A stretch of DNA of 64,000 nucleotides from Thermodesulfobacteriota bacterium. GTDB lineage: Bacteria > Desulfobacterota_D > UBA1144 > Nemesobacterales > UBA2774. Position numbers and translations under genes: made by a program. The notes under the pieces are model-generated. The model did no database searches and was not told the DNA's origin. It was given only the letters and a program-made list of their open reading frames with translations. The stretch covers positions 1,280,001 through 1,344,000 of the forward strand of contig OY729416.1 in NCBI GenBank assembly GCA_963422265.1, given 5' to 3'. Below are positions 1-11,513 of this stretch, piece after piece. How positions within the stretch are numbered: position 1 is the stretch's first letter; each line of letters starts with the position of its first letter.

Positions 1-114
1 AATTAAAATTATTCCTACGAATCCCTCTGAATACTTACCATCAATTAGTAACTTCGCTACCGCCCCAGCCACAAACCCAACAATCAACCAAGATATAAGT
101 GCAATTAGTCCCAT
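1..114 (-). CDS. GlsB/YeaQ/YmgE (transglycosylase-associated) family membrane protein, partial (runs off the window edge)
   Basis: Manual translation MGLIALISWLIVGFVAGAVAKLLIDGKYSEGFVGIILI...; SD-like GGAG upstream; WLIVGFVAGAVAK pattern typical of the family. Confidence 0.75.
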   Translation of the reverse strand, partial: MGLIALISWLIVGFVAGAVAKLLIDGKYSEGFVGIILI

Positions 115-323
115 ATACGACTCCGTAGGAAATTTTAGACTAAACCTTACGAGTATTTAAGCATTGAACGCAAATTTTACAACATACTGATTTAGAAATT
201 ATGAAGGCCAAGCCCAATGAAATAACGATAATTGTCGTGTTCTTAAATAATCGTGTATTTTATCGAAATATCGCTAACGACTGTTTAACGCTACATCAAG
301 ACGAATAAAAACTCAAAAAATCA

Positions 324-3290
324 ATGATAGGTAAAAGATTGGACAAGGATAATTCATTTGCTAGAAGGCATATAGGACCAAATGAATCTCAACTAATGGA
401 GATGCTTGAGTCTATTGGCGTAAATTCGCTTGAAGAACTTATTAAAGAGACTATACCCAAATCTATAAAAAAAAGAGAAAATCTCAACCTGCCAAATGGC
501 GTAAGTGAATACGAGTATTTAGAAGAGCTTAAGGAGATAGCTAAACGAAATCAGCACTTCAAATCTTATATAGGGCTTGGATACTACGATTGTATTACTC
601 CCAGCGTAATCGAGCGTAATATTTTTCAAAATCCGGGTTGGTACACTCAATACACCCCTTATCAAGCTGAAATATCCCAGGGACGCCTCGAAGCCTTAAT
701 CAATTTTCAGAGCATGGTAATTGATTTAACCAAGATGGACATAGCGAATGCTTCCTTACTTGACGAGGGAACAGCAGCAGCTGAGTCCATGACAATGCTC
801 CATAGAATTAGCGGTAAAAAATCGAAAAATGAACGAGCAAAAGTTTTTCTGGTATCTGAAAAATGCTTTCCACAAACCCTAGACGTCTTGCGTAATAGAG
901 CAGAACCAATTGGAATAGAGATCAAAATAAATAATCACAGAGATCTTGAATTTGGAGGGGGGGTGTTCGGAGCATTAGTTCAGTATCCCAACGCGGACGG
1001 AGAGATTTTTGACTATACGGATTTTATAAGAAGAGCCCATGAAGCAGGCGCTCTTGTTGCAGTTGCAGCGGACTTACTCAGCCTTGCACTTCTGAAACCA
1101 CCTGGGGAGATGGGAGCTGACGTCGTAGTCGGCTCTACTCAAAGATTCGGGGTGCCATTAGGCTACGGAGGACCGCACGCCGCGTATTTTGCAACGCGTG
1201 AGAGGTTCACGAGACAGGTGCCGGGAAGAATTATCGGCGCCTCAGTAGATTCCGAGGGGACAACTGCTTATAGAATGGCGCTTCAAACCCGTGAACAGCA
1301 CATAAGAAGAGAGAAAGCAACATCAAATATATGCACGGCCCAGGCTCTGCTCGCCATAATGGCTAGTATGTACGCAGTCTATCATGGACCTAAGGGGATT
1401 AAATCAATAGCCGAAAGGATTCATAAAACGGCGATTTACCTCGCGTCAGAGCTTGAAAAGCTAGGATACTGTCAGATTAATGAACGCTACTTCGATACCT
1501 TAAAGATAGAACTAGAACCAACACTAGAACCCCTTTGTAATAATAACCGGGGGAATTCAAATCAGAAGCTCAAAGAGCTGGCAGAGAAATCAAAAATAAA
1601 CTTCCGATACATAGATGATAAATACGTAGAGATTTCCATTGATGAAACTACCCAAGCTCAGGATATAGCAAACATAATAGGAATTTTTGAGGTTTTAAGA
1701 GGTTCTATGAAGCGTCAACGAGATACTGTTCTTCAAAGCTCTTATCAACCTGCGCAAGCTATCGAGCAAAGACTTGACGAATTAGATTGTAACCTCCTGA
1801 AAGGGTTTCTCCGCAAGAGCGAATACATGAAGCACCCTGTTTTCAACGAATACCACTCAGAGACAAAAATGTTGCGTTACATAAAAAAGCTCGAAGCCAA
1901 AGACCTTTCATTAACTCATTCAATGATTCCACTCGGATCATGCACTATGAAACTGAACGCTACGACTGAGATGATACCAGTTTCATGGCATGAGTTTTCA
2001 AAACTCCATCCTTTTTCTCCTAAGGAACAGGCGAGTGGTTATGCACAAATATTTAAGGAGCTTGAGAATTACCTATGCGAGATCACGGGTCTTGCTGCGG
2101 CTTCACTACAGCCCAATTCAGGTGCTCAGGGCGAATACGCAGGACTAATGGTAATAAGAGCTTATCAATTGGATAAAGGAGAGTCTAATAGAAACGTAGC
2201 TTTAATCCCTTCATCTGCTCATGGGACTAACCCGGCGAGCGCGGCGATGGCTGGCATGAAAGTCGCCGTAGTTAAGTGCGATAAAGACGGGAACATAGAT
2301 TTAGACGACCTTAGGGAAAAAGCGAAGAAGCATAAGAGGAGTCTTTCTTGTCTTATGATCACCTACCCATCAACGCATGGGGTGTTTGAGGAAAGGATAA
2401 GAGAAATTTGTGATATTATGCATCACAATGGCGGGCAGATATACATGGACGGGGCGAACCTAAACGCCCAGGTAGGACTAACCAGCCCCGCCGCTATAGG
2501 TGCTGATGTATGTCATATAAATCTACATAAGACCTTTAGCATACCGCACGGCGGAGGTGGTCCCGGTATGGGTCCTATCTGCGTCGCGGAACACCTTGCC
2601 GCATATCTACCTAGCCACTCAATCGTTGACGTCGGGACGCCTAAATCCATACCTGCCGTAGCCTCGACTCCATGGGGAAGCCCAAGCATTCTACTCGTCT
2701 CGCACGCCTACGTTAAACTCCTCGGGAGTGAAGGGGTTACAGAAGCCACAAAATACGCAATTCTTAACGCCAATTATTTGAAATCAAGATTGGAGAATTT
2801 TTACAAGGTGCTCTACAAGGGTGGGAACGGAAGGGTGGCTCACGAATTTATACTAGATTTGAGGAGATTTACGAAAGAGGCGGGGATAGGAGTTGAAGAC
2901 ATTGCTAAAAGACTAATGGATTACGGATTTCACGCTCCCACGATTTCTTGGCCAGTCGCTGGGACTATTATGATTGAGCCTACCGAGAGTGAAGCGAAAG
3001 ACGAGCTAGATCGTTTTTGCGAAGCGCTTATCTGTATCTATAAAGAGATTGAAGAGGTAGTTGAAGGCACTGCGGACAGAGAAGACAACGTTCTTAAACG
3101 TGCGCCACACACCGTAAAGGAAACATCCGGGGATGAATGGAACCACGCCTATTCAAGGAAGAAGGCAGCCTATCCCCTAACTTATCTCAAGGAGAATAAG
3201 TTTTGGCCACCCGTTGGTAGAATAGACAACGCACATGGTGATAAAAACCTCGCCTGCTCATGCCCTCCTGTAGAATCATACGAAGATTAG
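324..3290 (+). CDS. gcvP: Glycine dehydrogenase (glycine cleavage P protein)
   Basis: [25 protein letters not shown] lysine motif [18 protein letters not shown]; 988 aa. Confidence 0.98.
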   Translation: MIGKRLDKDNSFARRHIGPNESQLMEMLESIGVNSLEELIKETIPKSIKKRENLNLPNGVSEYEYLEELKEIAKRNQHFKSYIGLGYYDCITPSVIERNIFQNPGWYTQYTPYQAEISQGRLEALINFQSMVIDLTKMDIANASLLDEGTAAAESMTMLHRISGKKSKNERAKVFLVSEKCFPQTLDVLRNRAEPIGIEIKINNHRDLEFGGGVFGALVQYPNADGEIFDYTDFIRRAHEAGALVAVAADLLSLALLKPPGEMGADVVVGSTQRFGVPLGYGGPHAAYFATRERFTRQVPGRIIGASVDSEGTTAYRMALQTREQHIRREKATSNICTAQALLAIMASMYAVYHGPKGIKSIAERIHKTAIYLASELEKLGYCQINERYFDTLKIELEPTLEPLCNNNRGNSNQKLKELAEKSKINFRYIDDKYVEISIDETTQAQDIANIIGIFEVLRGSMKRQRDTVLQSSYQPAQAIEQRLDELDCNLLKGFLRKSEYMKHPVFNEYHSETKMLRYIKKLEAKDLSLTHSMIPLGSCTMKLNATTEMIPVSWHEFSKLHPFSPKEQASGYAQIFKELENYLCEITGLAAASLQPNSGAQGEYAGLMVIRAYQLDKGESNRNVALIPSSAHGTNPASAAMAGMKVAVVKCDKDGNIDLDDLREKAKKHKRSLSCLMITYPSTHGVFEERIREICDIMHHNGGQIYMDGANLNAQVGLTSPAAIGADVCHINLHKTFSIPHGGGGPGMGPICVAEHLAAYLPSHSIVDVGTPKSIPAVASTPWGSPSILLVSHAYVKLLGSEGVTEATKYAILNANYLKSRLENFYKVLYKGGNGRVAHEFILDLRRFTKEAGIGVEDIAKRLMDYGFHAPTISWPVAGTIMIEPTESEAKDELDRFCEALICIYKEIEEVVEGTADREDNVLKRAPHTVKETSGDEWNHAYSRKKAAYPLTYLKENKFWPPVGRIDNAHGDKNLACSCPPVESYED

Positions 3291-3343
3291 CTACTGGAAA
3301 GCGCGGGATTAGAGGAAGCGACTCGTTCCCCATCCCTCAATGC

Positions 3344-3371
3344 TGGATTTTGAAACAAGTTCAGATTGACG
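3344..3371. repeat. Degenerate CGTC-tagged REP-like palindrome between convergent genes
   Basis: Minus strand CGTCAATCTGAACTTGTTTCAAAATCCA resembles the GTCATCCTGAACTTGTTTCAGGATC REP type; single clear copy. Confidence 0.45.
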
Positions 3372-3402
3372 GGATGAAAAGACTGGATTCCTCTTTCTGC
3401 GC

Positions 3403-4287
3403 TCACTTAGATTTTATAACCGAATCCATATTGATAAGGGGAACCGTTTCTCCACCTGTGAACTTAGGCAAGGTCCCGTCCCATTTTTCAGCTAGACGAA
3501 GCTGTATTAGCTCCGGATTGCCTTTTAACGCCCTCGCTTCTCTCTTAATTGCGTCCGCCTTAGCCCTAGACGCCACCTCTATCTCATAAGCGGTGGCGTC
3601 AGATGCAAGCTTCTTCTCCTGATACCCGGCTTCGGCTTGCGTAACTCTCCGCGTCTTTTCATTTAGCGCTTGAAGGGCTTCCTGCTCGGCTTTTACCTTT
3701 AATTCAATTGCCTTATTAAACCCTTCCGAGAATTCAAAATCGGTAATAGCGACGTTTGCGATTTTAAGAGCGTTCGGAACGTTTTTATCATGTAAAGTAA
3801 CGCTTATGAAGTTATTTATAGCTTCTTGTATTTGCACCTTTACCTGAGCCCTTTTAGTTACCAACTGCTCAGCCGTGTACTGAGCTGTAACCGCCTTTAC
3901 CGACTCCTGAATAGCAGGTTCAATAACCGTTGTCGCAACGATGCCCCGCTTTCCGATCTTCTGAAATGTTTTAGGCGCCACCAAACCCGTAAGCGAATAC
4001 TGGACCGACACCTGCGTTTCGACCGTTTGCAAATCCTTAGACGCTGCGGTTGATTTAGACGTCGCCTTTGTAAGTCTTATATCTACCTGCTCCACCTTGT
4101 CTAAGAAGGGCTTCTTTAAGTGGAAACCCTCAGACAGAGGATCAAGCTGAACGGCTCCCAGAGTTCTTACGACCCCTACGTGCCCACTCTCGACTACGAC
4201 GAAAGTGCTCGTGCCTAAAACAATCAATGCTACAATTATCACAGGATATAGGAAATTAAAATTCTCTAACTTTGGCCCTCTAGCCAT
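3403..4287 (-). CDS. Prohibitin/SPFH (band 7) family protein
   Basis: N-terminal TM helix, GHVGVV..LG, ASKDLQ, AIELKVKAEQEA coiled coil, EKWDGTLP. Confidence 0.93.
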   Translation of the reverse strand: MARGPKLENFNFLYPVIIVALIVLGTSTFVVVESGHVGVVRTLGAVQLDPLSEGFHLKKPFLDKVEQVDIRLTKATSKSTAASKDLQTVETQVSVQYSLTGLVAPKTFQKIGKRGIVATTVIEPAIQESVKAVTAQYTAEQLVTKRAQVKVQIQEAINNFISVTLHDKNVPNALKIANVAITDFEFSEGFNKAIELKVKAEQEALQALNEKTRRVTQAEAGYQEKKLASDATAYEIEVASRAKADAIKREARALKGNPELIQLRLAEKWDGTLPKFTGGETVPLINMDSVIKSK

Positions 4288-4365
4288 GATAAACCCTCCG
4301 TATTCTCCATTATTTTAGCTCTATGCTAGTATAGCTTATAGTATAAAGAAGTAAATAAACGCGGA

Positions 4366-6123
4366 TCATTCTAAACTCGGCTCAGTATTTACGTCTTTAA
4401 CCCTAAACCTTATCTCTCTATTTCCATTCCACTCATTAAATTCAGGCGTGAATGCTAGGTCTATTTTGTCCGGAAGCCTAATAGTACCCTGAGGCTGCCA
4501 CTGGGCTGGCTCCTTTGCGGCTTCATGGCTTTTTACAAAAGCGTTAAACCAAATAGCTTCATTGAGCTTATCTCCCTGCCTCACCCTGAATCTAAGATGT
4601 TTATCCTTAAAAAAGCGCTGTGAGACAACTTCCACCGACCTAGCCATTAATACGGGCTCTGGGTTTCCTATACCGAATGGAGCGAGCATTTCCAATTCAG
4701 TAACCAGTTCAGCAGTCATACTATTCAGATCAACGTGGCAGTCTATTGCCAACCCAGCCTCAGAATCTCTTTTATAACCACTAATTACGTTGTTAATCCT
4801 CTCTCTTAATTTATCTATATTTTCCATTCTAATCGAAATGCCGGCAGCCAACTCATGCCCCCCGAATTGCTCAAGAAGCTCGCTACATTCCGAGAGAACC
4901 TCATATATATTAATCCCACTGACGCTCCTAGCCGAGCCTTTGCCAACTCCATCAGCTCCTATTGCTACTAAAACAGTCGGCTTATCAAATCTCTCGACGA
5001 TTCTCGAAGCTACGATACCTATTATTCCAGGGTGCCAGTCGGACGAGGCGAGAACAAGCGAGGCCGAATTAGAATACTCTGGATTGGATTCAACTTGAGA
5101 GACTGCTTCACTCAGTATTGACGTCTCCACACTCCGCCTCTTGACGTTATCCTCATTCAACGTTCTCGCGAGCTGCCTAGCATCCTCCAAGTCTTCCGAT
5201 AGCAACATTTTAACGGCTTTCTCAGCGCTGCTTATCCTGCCAGAGGCGTTTATCCTAGGTCCCAACTTAAAACCTAGATCAAATGAGTTGACCTCACCCT
5301 TTATAGCACTTAACTCCTTTAAAGCCCTGACCCCCTTGCGTTTAGGGTCGCGCATTCTTTTAATTCCCTCTTTTACAAAAATTCTGTTCACATTAATAAG
5401 CGGGGCACAGTCGGCTACGGTTCCAAGAGCTACTAGGTCTAGGTAATCAGCAAGATTAGGCTCTTCGTTCTTAAAAAAACCTGAATCTCGTAGGGCTCGT
5501 CTGAGCCCAATCGTAAGATTGAACACCACGCCTACCCCAGTTATCTCCTTACCAGGATACTTACATCCTGAGAGCTGTGGATTTAGGATCGAAACGCCTT
5601 TAGGTAAATCGTCAGGTGGTTTATGATGATCAGTTACGATAAAATCTACCCCTAGCTCTTTAGCCCTTTCGACCTCTTTGACCGCCGTAATCCCGCAATC
5701 TCCAGATATTACGAGCTTAACCCCTTTGCTAGCTAGACCCTCTACGGCGGCAATGTTTACTCCGTAGCCCTCCTTTATCCTATGAGGATTGTAGTAAATA
5801 ACATCCACCCCTAAGTCGCTCAGAAACTTATATAAAAGAGCAGTGGAAGTAATACCGTCAACGTCGTAATCCCCGTAGATCGCAACCTTCTCATCCTTCT
5901 TTATAGCTTCCTTTACCCTATTAATGGCTTTATTCATACCTTCCATTAGATTGGGAGAAGGCAAATTGAAAAGCGTGCTATTTAGAAAAAGGTTAGCCTC
6001 CTCTTCGTTACGTATTCCACGATTTACAAGAACTTGCGCCGTAATGGGAGATATTTTTAAACTTTTTACGAGTTTGTCCCTAAGTTTTGGACTCTCCTGT
6101 CTGAAAGTCCAGTTTGTCTTCAT
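4366..6123 (-). CDS. recJ: ssDNA exonuclease RecJ
   Basis: [39 protein letters not shown] motifs. Confidence 0.97.
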   Translation of the reverse strand: MKTNWTFRQESPKLRDKLVKSLKISPITAQVLVNRGIRNEEEANLFLNSTLFNLPSPNLMEGMNKAINRVKEAIKKDEKVAIYGDYDVDGITSTALLYKFLSDLGVDVIYYNPHRIKEGYGVNIAAVEGLASKGVKLVISGDCGITAVKEVERAKELGVDFIVTDHHKPPDDLPKGVSILNPQLSGCKYPGKEITGVGVVFNLTIGLRRALRDSGFFKNEEPNLADYLDLVALGTVADCAPLINVNRIFVKEGIKRMRDPKRKGVRALKELSAIKGEVNSFDLGFKLGPRINASGRISSAEKAVKMLLSEDLEDARQLARTLNEDNVKRRSVETSILSEAVSQVESNPEYSNSASLVLASSDWHPGIIGIVASRIVERFDKPTVLVAIGADGVGKGSARSVSGINIYEVLSECSELLEQFGGHELAAGISIRMENIDKLRERINNVISGYKRDSEAGLAIDCHVDLNSMTAELVTELEMLAPFGIGNPEPVLMARSVEVVSQRFFKDKHLRFRVRQGDKLNEAIWFNAFVKSHEAAKEPAQWQPQGTIRLPDKIDLAFTPEFNEWNGNREIRFRVKDVNTEPSLE

Positions 6124-6569
6124 TTATTCTTAACCGTTGCCCGCAGATGATTCACCAGACCCCTGACGCCGAGAAAATAACTATCAGCCCCAAAACCCGA
6201 TACGACAGCGACGGCAACCCCTGAGACATAAGATTTCCGTCTAAATTCTTCCCTTTTGTGAACGTTTGACATGTGAACTTCCACCACTGGCAGATCCACC
6301 GAAAGAATCGCATCGCGGATAGCGATGCTAGTGTGCGTGTAGGCACCTGGATTTATTACTATCCCGTTGAATTCGTGCATAGCCTCCTGAATACGACTTA
6401 TTATGTCCCCCTCGGAGTTCGACTGAAAAAAAACGACCTTAATCCCCAATTCAACCGCTAGGTTACACAAGTCCGAATTAACGTCTTCAATAGTTCTGTC
6501 GCCGTAGATTTCAGGCTCGCGTTTCCCCAGCATATTCAAGTTCGGCCCGTGTATGACTAGTATATTCAT
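6120..6569 (-). CDS. aroQ: Type II 3-dehydroquinate dehydratase
   Basis: [33 protein letters not shown]. Confidence 0.97.
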   Translation of the reverse strand: MNILVIHGPNLNMLGKREPEIYGDRTIEDVNSDLCNLAVELGIKVVFFQSNSEGDIISRIQEAMHEFNGIVINPGAYTHTSIAIRDAILSVDLPVVEVHMSNVHKREEFRRKSYVSGVAVAVVSGFGADSYFLGVRGLVNHLRATVKNK

Positions 6570-6604
6570 TGTTCAGAACCTAATCTCTCCATATTTGGCT
6601 AAGC

Positions 6605-7309
6605 CTAGTTCTTCAGCGCAACAAAGCCCGCAGCTTGATTAACTAAGCCGATTCTCGCTTGGGCGAGTTTTTTTGTCGCCTCGACATTGTTAGGATCGGT
6701 CTTTAGAATTTGCTCCAAAACCCAAGAAGCCTTTGCGTAAAGACCTTGACTGATATACAACTCAGCCATGATTACGGTCGCAACCTCTTCATTATAAACT
6801 TCAGCTTTGATTGGAAGCCTGTAACCTCCAACGTCTTCTTTGTTAACAGTCCCAAAATTCCTCTCTTTATTTTCTATTTGGTAGAGTATCTCCTTCATCT
6901 CGATAGTTATACCCTCTTCATTCGAATGAAAACCCTTGAGTAATTTGAGAATATCAAGCGATTTATCCAGATCGCCCTCACTTCTATACATCTGAACTAG
7001 CATAGCACCGGCAGCTAAATTATCCGGAGACAGCTTAATTACAGCTTGTAACTCTTCTTTAGCCTGTCTTATCATCCAAAAATCATAATAAATTTTGCCA
7101 AGCAAAAACCTGCCCGTAACGCTTTGTTTATGATACCTTAAACCCTTTATCAATACATCCATCGCCTTGTTCAGCTCATTCTTCCTGTATAGAATCTGAG
7201 CCAAGAATACAAATGCGAGAGACCTATAATCATCACTCAGGAGAGTTCTATACTTTTCCTCAAGTCCGCTAAGAGAGTCTCTCGTCTCCTTCTTACTTCC
7301 CTTATCCAC
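6605..7309 (-). CDS. Tetratricopeptide-repeat protein
   Basis: Helical TPR-like repeats (LGKIYY..., LSPDNLAA, MAELYISQG...LKTDPNN); GTG start after AAGGAGG. Confidence 0.75.
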   Translation of the reverse strand: MDKGSKKETRDSLSGLEEKYRTLLSDDYRSLAFVFLAQILYRKNELNKAMDVLIKGLRYHKQSVTGRFLLGKIYYDFWMIRQAKEELQAVIKLSPDNLAAGAMLVQMYRSEGDLDKSLDILKLLKGFHSNEEGITIEMKEILYQIENKERNFGTVNKEDVGGYRLPIKAEVYNEEVATVIMAELYISQGLYAKASWVLEQILKTDPNNVEATKKLAQARIGLVNQAAGFVALKN

Positions 7310-7522
7310 TCATCCTCCTTATCCATTCTTCACCGTAAAGGGATAGATTGCCCTACCATGTCCGAAGTGACAAAGAGGAGTACTTTCTCATTGCCCAACC
7401 AAACTACCGACGTGATCGGGAATGACTCCCATTCTACCACCGTGAACACTTGGATAAGATGATATTACTTTATAACAGATTTAGTAATCAAGAAAGGTGT
7501 TTCAATAAAAGTATATAAAGGC

Positions 7523-9124
7523 TTAAAGCCTCTTTTTAATCGTGCTAAAAAGAAAGGCCAATTCCTCTATATTCAACATTTTCGCCAGACCTAGATAAAC
7601 AGTTATTGAAGCCACCGTTGACGCAAGCAAGAGCAGGAGCTTGTCAAAAGTAAATTCTGACTCGGTCCAGTCCCCAAAGCTCGAGATTTGCCATGCTATA
7701 GCCGCCGTAACAATTGACAAGGGAACAACCTTTAAGCAAAAGACCAATACCGATTTTGATTCCACACTTCTACCACTAGTAATTACTCCCGGCGCGTCCT
7801 TAGACTCTATACGCCTTCTGAGCAAGTAAAATAGCATTAAGAAATTGAAAATAGAAGAGACTGAGCTAGCTATCGCTAAACCCGTATGATTCAACCCAAG
7901 CGTAAAGCCAAGTATGAATCCTAATAACGCATTGGCTACAAACGCAAAGAACGCTATTAAAACAGGCGTCTTGGTATCCTGCATAGCGTAAAAAGCTGGA
8001 GCCGTAATTCTTATAGCTCCGACTGCCCAAAGTCCCACAGCATATCCCAAGAGAGCTTGTGAAGTAAGGAGTGTAGCCTCATACGTGAACTCTCCCCTTT
8101 GATAAAGAAGGTTACATATAGGTATTCTGAGAGCTATAAGACCCGCCAGAGCTGGCAGTAATATAAAAAGCATCATCTTTAGCATAGATGAATATGTTTC
8201 TCTAAACTTATCAAATTCGTTCCTACTCGCATAAGTTGCAAGATTCGGCAGCAAAACAACCGCTATAGAGACTGCTATTATGCCTAAGGGAAACTCTATC
8301 AACCTTTCTGAAAAATAGAGATAAGAAATAGTTCCATCTTTCATAAAAGACGCATATTGAGAACTGACTATCAAATTCAAATTATAAACAGCGACTCCAA
8401 AAAGCTGGGGCATCATTAGCAAGCCTATCTTTTTTGCAGCCGGATGTTGGAAGTTTGCATTGAATCTGAAGAGAAACCGCCTCTTGCTGAGAAATGGAAA
8501 CTGAAAAGCAAGTTGTATAACCCCGCCGATCATTACCCCCACCGCCGCCGAGTATATAGGAAGACCCAAGCCATCGTGCAATAGAAAGATTGCAGCGATA
8601 ATACACACGTTAAAAAGCACGGGCGAAAAAGCGGGAGCGAAGAATCGACGTAAGGAATTAAGGACACCCATGGATAGAGCCGTAAGCGATATGAAAAAGA
8701 TGTAAGGAAACATTAGGCGCATTAGGGAGGCGGAAAGGTTAAAAGTTTGCTCATCAAAACCGGAGGCGAACAACTTCACAACGTAGGGAGAGAAAATTAT
8801 CCCTAGCACAGAGACTAGGATTAGTATGATGGACAACAAGGTGAAAATTACGTCAGCGATTTCTTTCGCCTCTTTTTCACCTTGTTTCTCCAGACTCTCC
8901 GTGAATATGGGAATAAACGAGATAGTTAGTGAACCCTCGGCGAAAAGTCTTCTAAGAATATTAGGCACCCTAAAAGCTACCCAAAAGGCGTCGGTTACCG
9001 CCGTTGCACCAAAGAAATAAGCCACTGTCATATCTCGCAGGTAGCCTGTGATACGACTTAGAAAGGTAGCCGAACCTACCGTGACCGCTGAACGCGCCAT
9101 CTCTTCTCTCTTCATCATTATCAC
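7523..9124 (-). CDS. murJ: Lipid II flippase MurJ
   Basis: SRITGYLRD, AFRVPNILRRLFAEG, RLIEFPLG, FYAMQDTKTP; many TM helices. Confidence 0.97.
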   Translation of the reverse strand: MIMMKREEMARSAVTVGSATFLSRITGYLRDMTVAYFFGATAVTDAFWVAFRVPNILRRLFAEGSLTISFIPIFTESLEKQGEKEAKEIADVIFTLLSIILILVSVLGIIFSPYVVKLFASGFDEQTFNLSASLMRLMFPYIFFISLTALSMGVLNSLRRFFAPAFSPVLFNVCIIAAIFLLHDGLGLPIYSAAVGVMIGGVIQLAFQFPFLSKRRFLFRFNANFQHPAAKKIGLLMMPQLFGVAVYNLNLIVSSQYASFMKDGTISYLYFSERLIEFPLGIIAVSIAVVLLPNLATYASRNEFDKFRETYSSMLKMMLFILLPALAGLIALRIPICNLLYQRGEFTYEATLLTSQALLGYAVGLWAVGAIRITAPAFYAMQDTKTPVLIAFFAFVANALLGFILGFTLGLNHTGLAIASSVSSIFNFLMLFYLLRRRIESKDAPGVITSGRSVESKSVLVFCLKVVPLSIVTAAIAWQISSFGDWTESEFTFDKLLLLLASTVASITVYLGLAKMLNIEELAFLFSTIKKRL

Positions 9125-9180
9125 TTCAATAACGTATCTGTCGTTTATAACTCCAAAATCTCATAACCTAGCTAAAATTC

Positions 9181-9420
9181 TTATCCGCTAATACTATTAC
9201 CCGGATCAGCCGACTCAACCTCCTCAAACTCTATCTCGGATTTAAGCCTGCTTAATATAGCCCTCGTATCGTCAATCAAGTCTTCAGTCGTCGTAAGCTT
9301 AATTATTCCCAACTCCACGTTCTCAGTTCTTATCCATGCTACATGAGAATAAGTTCCCCAGATAGACTGTAAATATACAGTTTCGCATTTATTTTTAAGC
9401 TTTACGTATATAGATGGCAT
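9181..9420 (-). CDS. Small conserved protein, DUF4911-like
   Basis: 79 aa; pattern IYVKL...YL..I..Y..VA.IRT....GII resembles DUF4911. Confidence 0.55.
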   Translation of the reverse strand: MPSIYVKLKNKCETVYLQSIWGTYSHVAWIRTENVELGIIKLTTTEDLIDDTRAILSRLKSEIEFEEVESADPGNSISG

Positions 9421-9635
9421 AATCCTACAAATAGCTTTTAGGGTGAGAGCGGAAAAACTTGTTAATAGCGTTAGATTTTTACCGTTTCAAACCCTATTTC
9501 CAATGAGCATCTACCAAAATACTGAAAGAAAACAGTGCGCTAAACTCCTTGAGGAGTTTCCGTGACAGCAGGAATCCAGAAGTAACTGAGTAACAAATAA
9601 GGCATCGCAACTGAGTTTCATCAGGGAAGAGTTAA

Positions 9636-9665
9636 TTGACAATAAACCAACAACCTGATTAATAT
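9636..9665 (+). promoter_or_regulatory. Putative sigma-70 promoter, probably producing a leaderless mRNA
   Basis: TTGACA (9636-9641), 18 nt, TAATAT (9660-9665); ATG at 9672 with no SD. Confidence 0.45.
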
Positions 9666-9671
9666 TCTGCT

Positions 9672-10379
9672 ATGACTTATATAACCCTTGAGGAAGTTAT
9701 CAACGAAGCCAGCAAAAGAAAAATAGACTTGGGACGTTATCCAGAGAAAACAATCAGGGCTTGCGCACGATTAGGTCTCATACCTAAACCCACGAAGAAA
9801 AGAATCAAGGAAGGCAAAACGATCCTACTGTTTTCTGAAAAGACTATAGACAAGCTAGCATACGTAAAGGCACTTAAATCAGAAGGGCTTAGTATGGAAG
9901 AAATCCGAGACAGCTTTGCCCTTGAATACGTGCAAGGCGCGCTTAAGGACCTGCTTAACAATGCTGAAGGTAAAAAAGTAAAAGATATTGCAAGCATGAT
10001 AAGCAAGGATAAGGAGCTTGAATCTATCGTAGAAGCGCCACTTGTCTATTTAATTGAGGGAATGTCGCAGGATGAAGCGAAGAAGTTGCTCACGCTTTTT
10101 TGTGGCGTGGGATTTTACGCCTTGCTGGAAACGCAGAAGAATTTAGAGGAGTTCAAGCTTAACGACGCAAGGAAATCCCTTTTCAAGGCAATTTTTTATA
10201 ACTCCATAGCTGTGCTGAGACTGGCACGAACCACTGGAGACGCAAACCTTGAAGCTACCGCATCCGAAATATATGAGAAAGCCGTAACTACGCCAATAGG
10301 AAAAGCTAGTAAGCGTGTGCGCACGGAATTCATAAAATCATTTGAGAGATACCTAAAGGAAAAAGGATTGGACACCTAG
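9672..10379 (+). CDS. MerR-like HTH DNA-binding protein
   Basis: KTIR....LGLIPKP...LFSEKTIDKL..VK.LK.EGLSMEEIR N-terminal HTH; unrecognised helical C-terminus. Confidence 0.7.
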   Translation: MTYITLEEVINEASKRKIDLGRYPEKTIRACARLGLIPKPTKKRIKEGKTILLFSEKTIDKLAYVKALKSEGLSMEEIRDSFALEYVQGALKDLLNNAEGKKVKDIASMISKDKELESIVEAPLVYLIEGMSQDEAKKLLTLFCGVGFYALLETQKNLEEFKLNDARKSLFKAIFYNSIAVLRLARTTGDANLEATASEIYEKAVTTPIGKASKRVRTEFIKSFERYLKEKGLDT

Positions 10380-10571
10380 CCTTTTAGCTTTACTCTAACT
10401 TAGCGAATAGAATGCATTCTCATACAATTTCCATAGAAAAAGCAACTCTGGTAATTACGCCGATACGGAATCATACTTGAATGCTAAATCCCATATACAA
10501 ATCAAAAATTATCTGTTATAATGGCAAGGTTGTAGGTAACAACCAGTCATAATATATGCCTAAATGACTTA

Positions 10572-11471
10572 TTGGAGGACAATCACGTGATAAAAAAACC
10601 TCGCATAAAATCTTTACTACTATTAGCAGCGCTCATAACCGTATCATACGCTTCATCAGGCATTTCAGTAGGCTGTGACGATACGAAAAAGGTCAAAGAG
10701 AACACAATCGTATTACAAGGCAAGGTTACACGACATAACGGAGAGGCAGCATCAGATATAAAAGTCTCCATTCTAAGATTGGGGAAGGAACTCGACTCGA
10801 AGAGTACGGACAAGGATGGACGGTTTAAGTTTGATTCACTTCCCATACCAAATGAAGGGACACAAATATTCTTAGAGTTCACATTATCTGAATCTGATAA
10901 CATCACAAAAAGTAGGCCTATATGGGCTACGGGAGGCAGCAAAGTAACGTATAATGTAAGTATAAACCAGGATTCTAACGATATTAGTCTCACAAGGTGG
11001 TTAGTGCGTCAGAGAGCTATAGATTTGAATAATCGAGACCAATTCTCCTTTGAGGGAACAGAAGCAACCTTTACAATAAATGCAGATAATGAAGACTGTA
11101 TAAAAGTGAAGGATAACAGCCTCGTTAAGATAGCTTCTAGTGAAGTTACCCTAAGTGGTTGCGTAAACGGAATAGTAGCCAACGGTTCCGCATCAGTTAT
11201 AATCGAGGCTGATAAAGATATAGAAGTTACTGCTGAGGAGAAGAATGGAATTGATACTGACGACAACGCCACGGTAAAACTCACAAAAACTGAAACCTCT
11301 ACAAAAAACAACATTTTTTCCATTACCTCAGACAACGGAGACAGCATAAATGCCAAAGGATCATCTGCAGTGACAATAGATCCTGGGACTACTGGTAGTT
11401 GCAAAATTACTGGAGAGGTCAATTCTGATAATGAGGCTACTATTAACAGAGAGTGCCCAGATGACAGCTAA
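10572..11471 (+). CDS. Putative lipoprotein: carboxypeptidase-regulatory-like domain plus beta-helix-like repeats
   Basis: Signal peptide with VGC; LQGKVT...STDKDGRFKF domain; repeated 'dGI' beta-rich C-terminus. Confidence 0.55.
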   Translation: MEDNHVIKKPRIKSLLLLAALITVSYASSGISVGCDDTKKVKENTIVLQGKVTRHNGEAASDIKVSILRLGKELDSKSTDKDGRFKFDSLPIPNEGTQIFLEFTLSESDNITKSRPIWATGGSKVTYNVSINQDSNDISLTRWLVRQRAIDLNNRDQFSFEGTEATFTINADNEDCIKVKDNSLVKIASSEVTLSGCVNGIVANGSASVIIEADKDIEVTAEEKNGIDTDDNATVKLTKTETSTKNNIFSITSDNGDSINAKGSSAVTIDPGTTGSCKITGEVNSDNEATINRECPDDS

Positions 11472-11513
11472 AACGACTCATAAAGTCGCGCGCCTCTTTT
11501 GTTCTAACAATAG

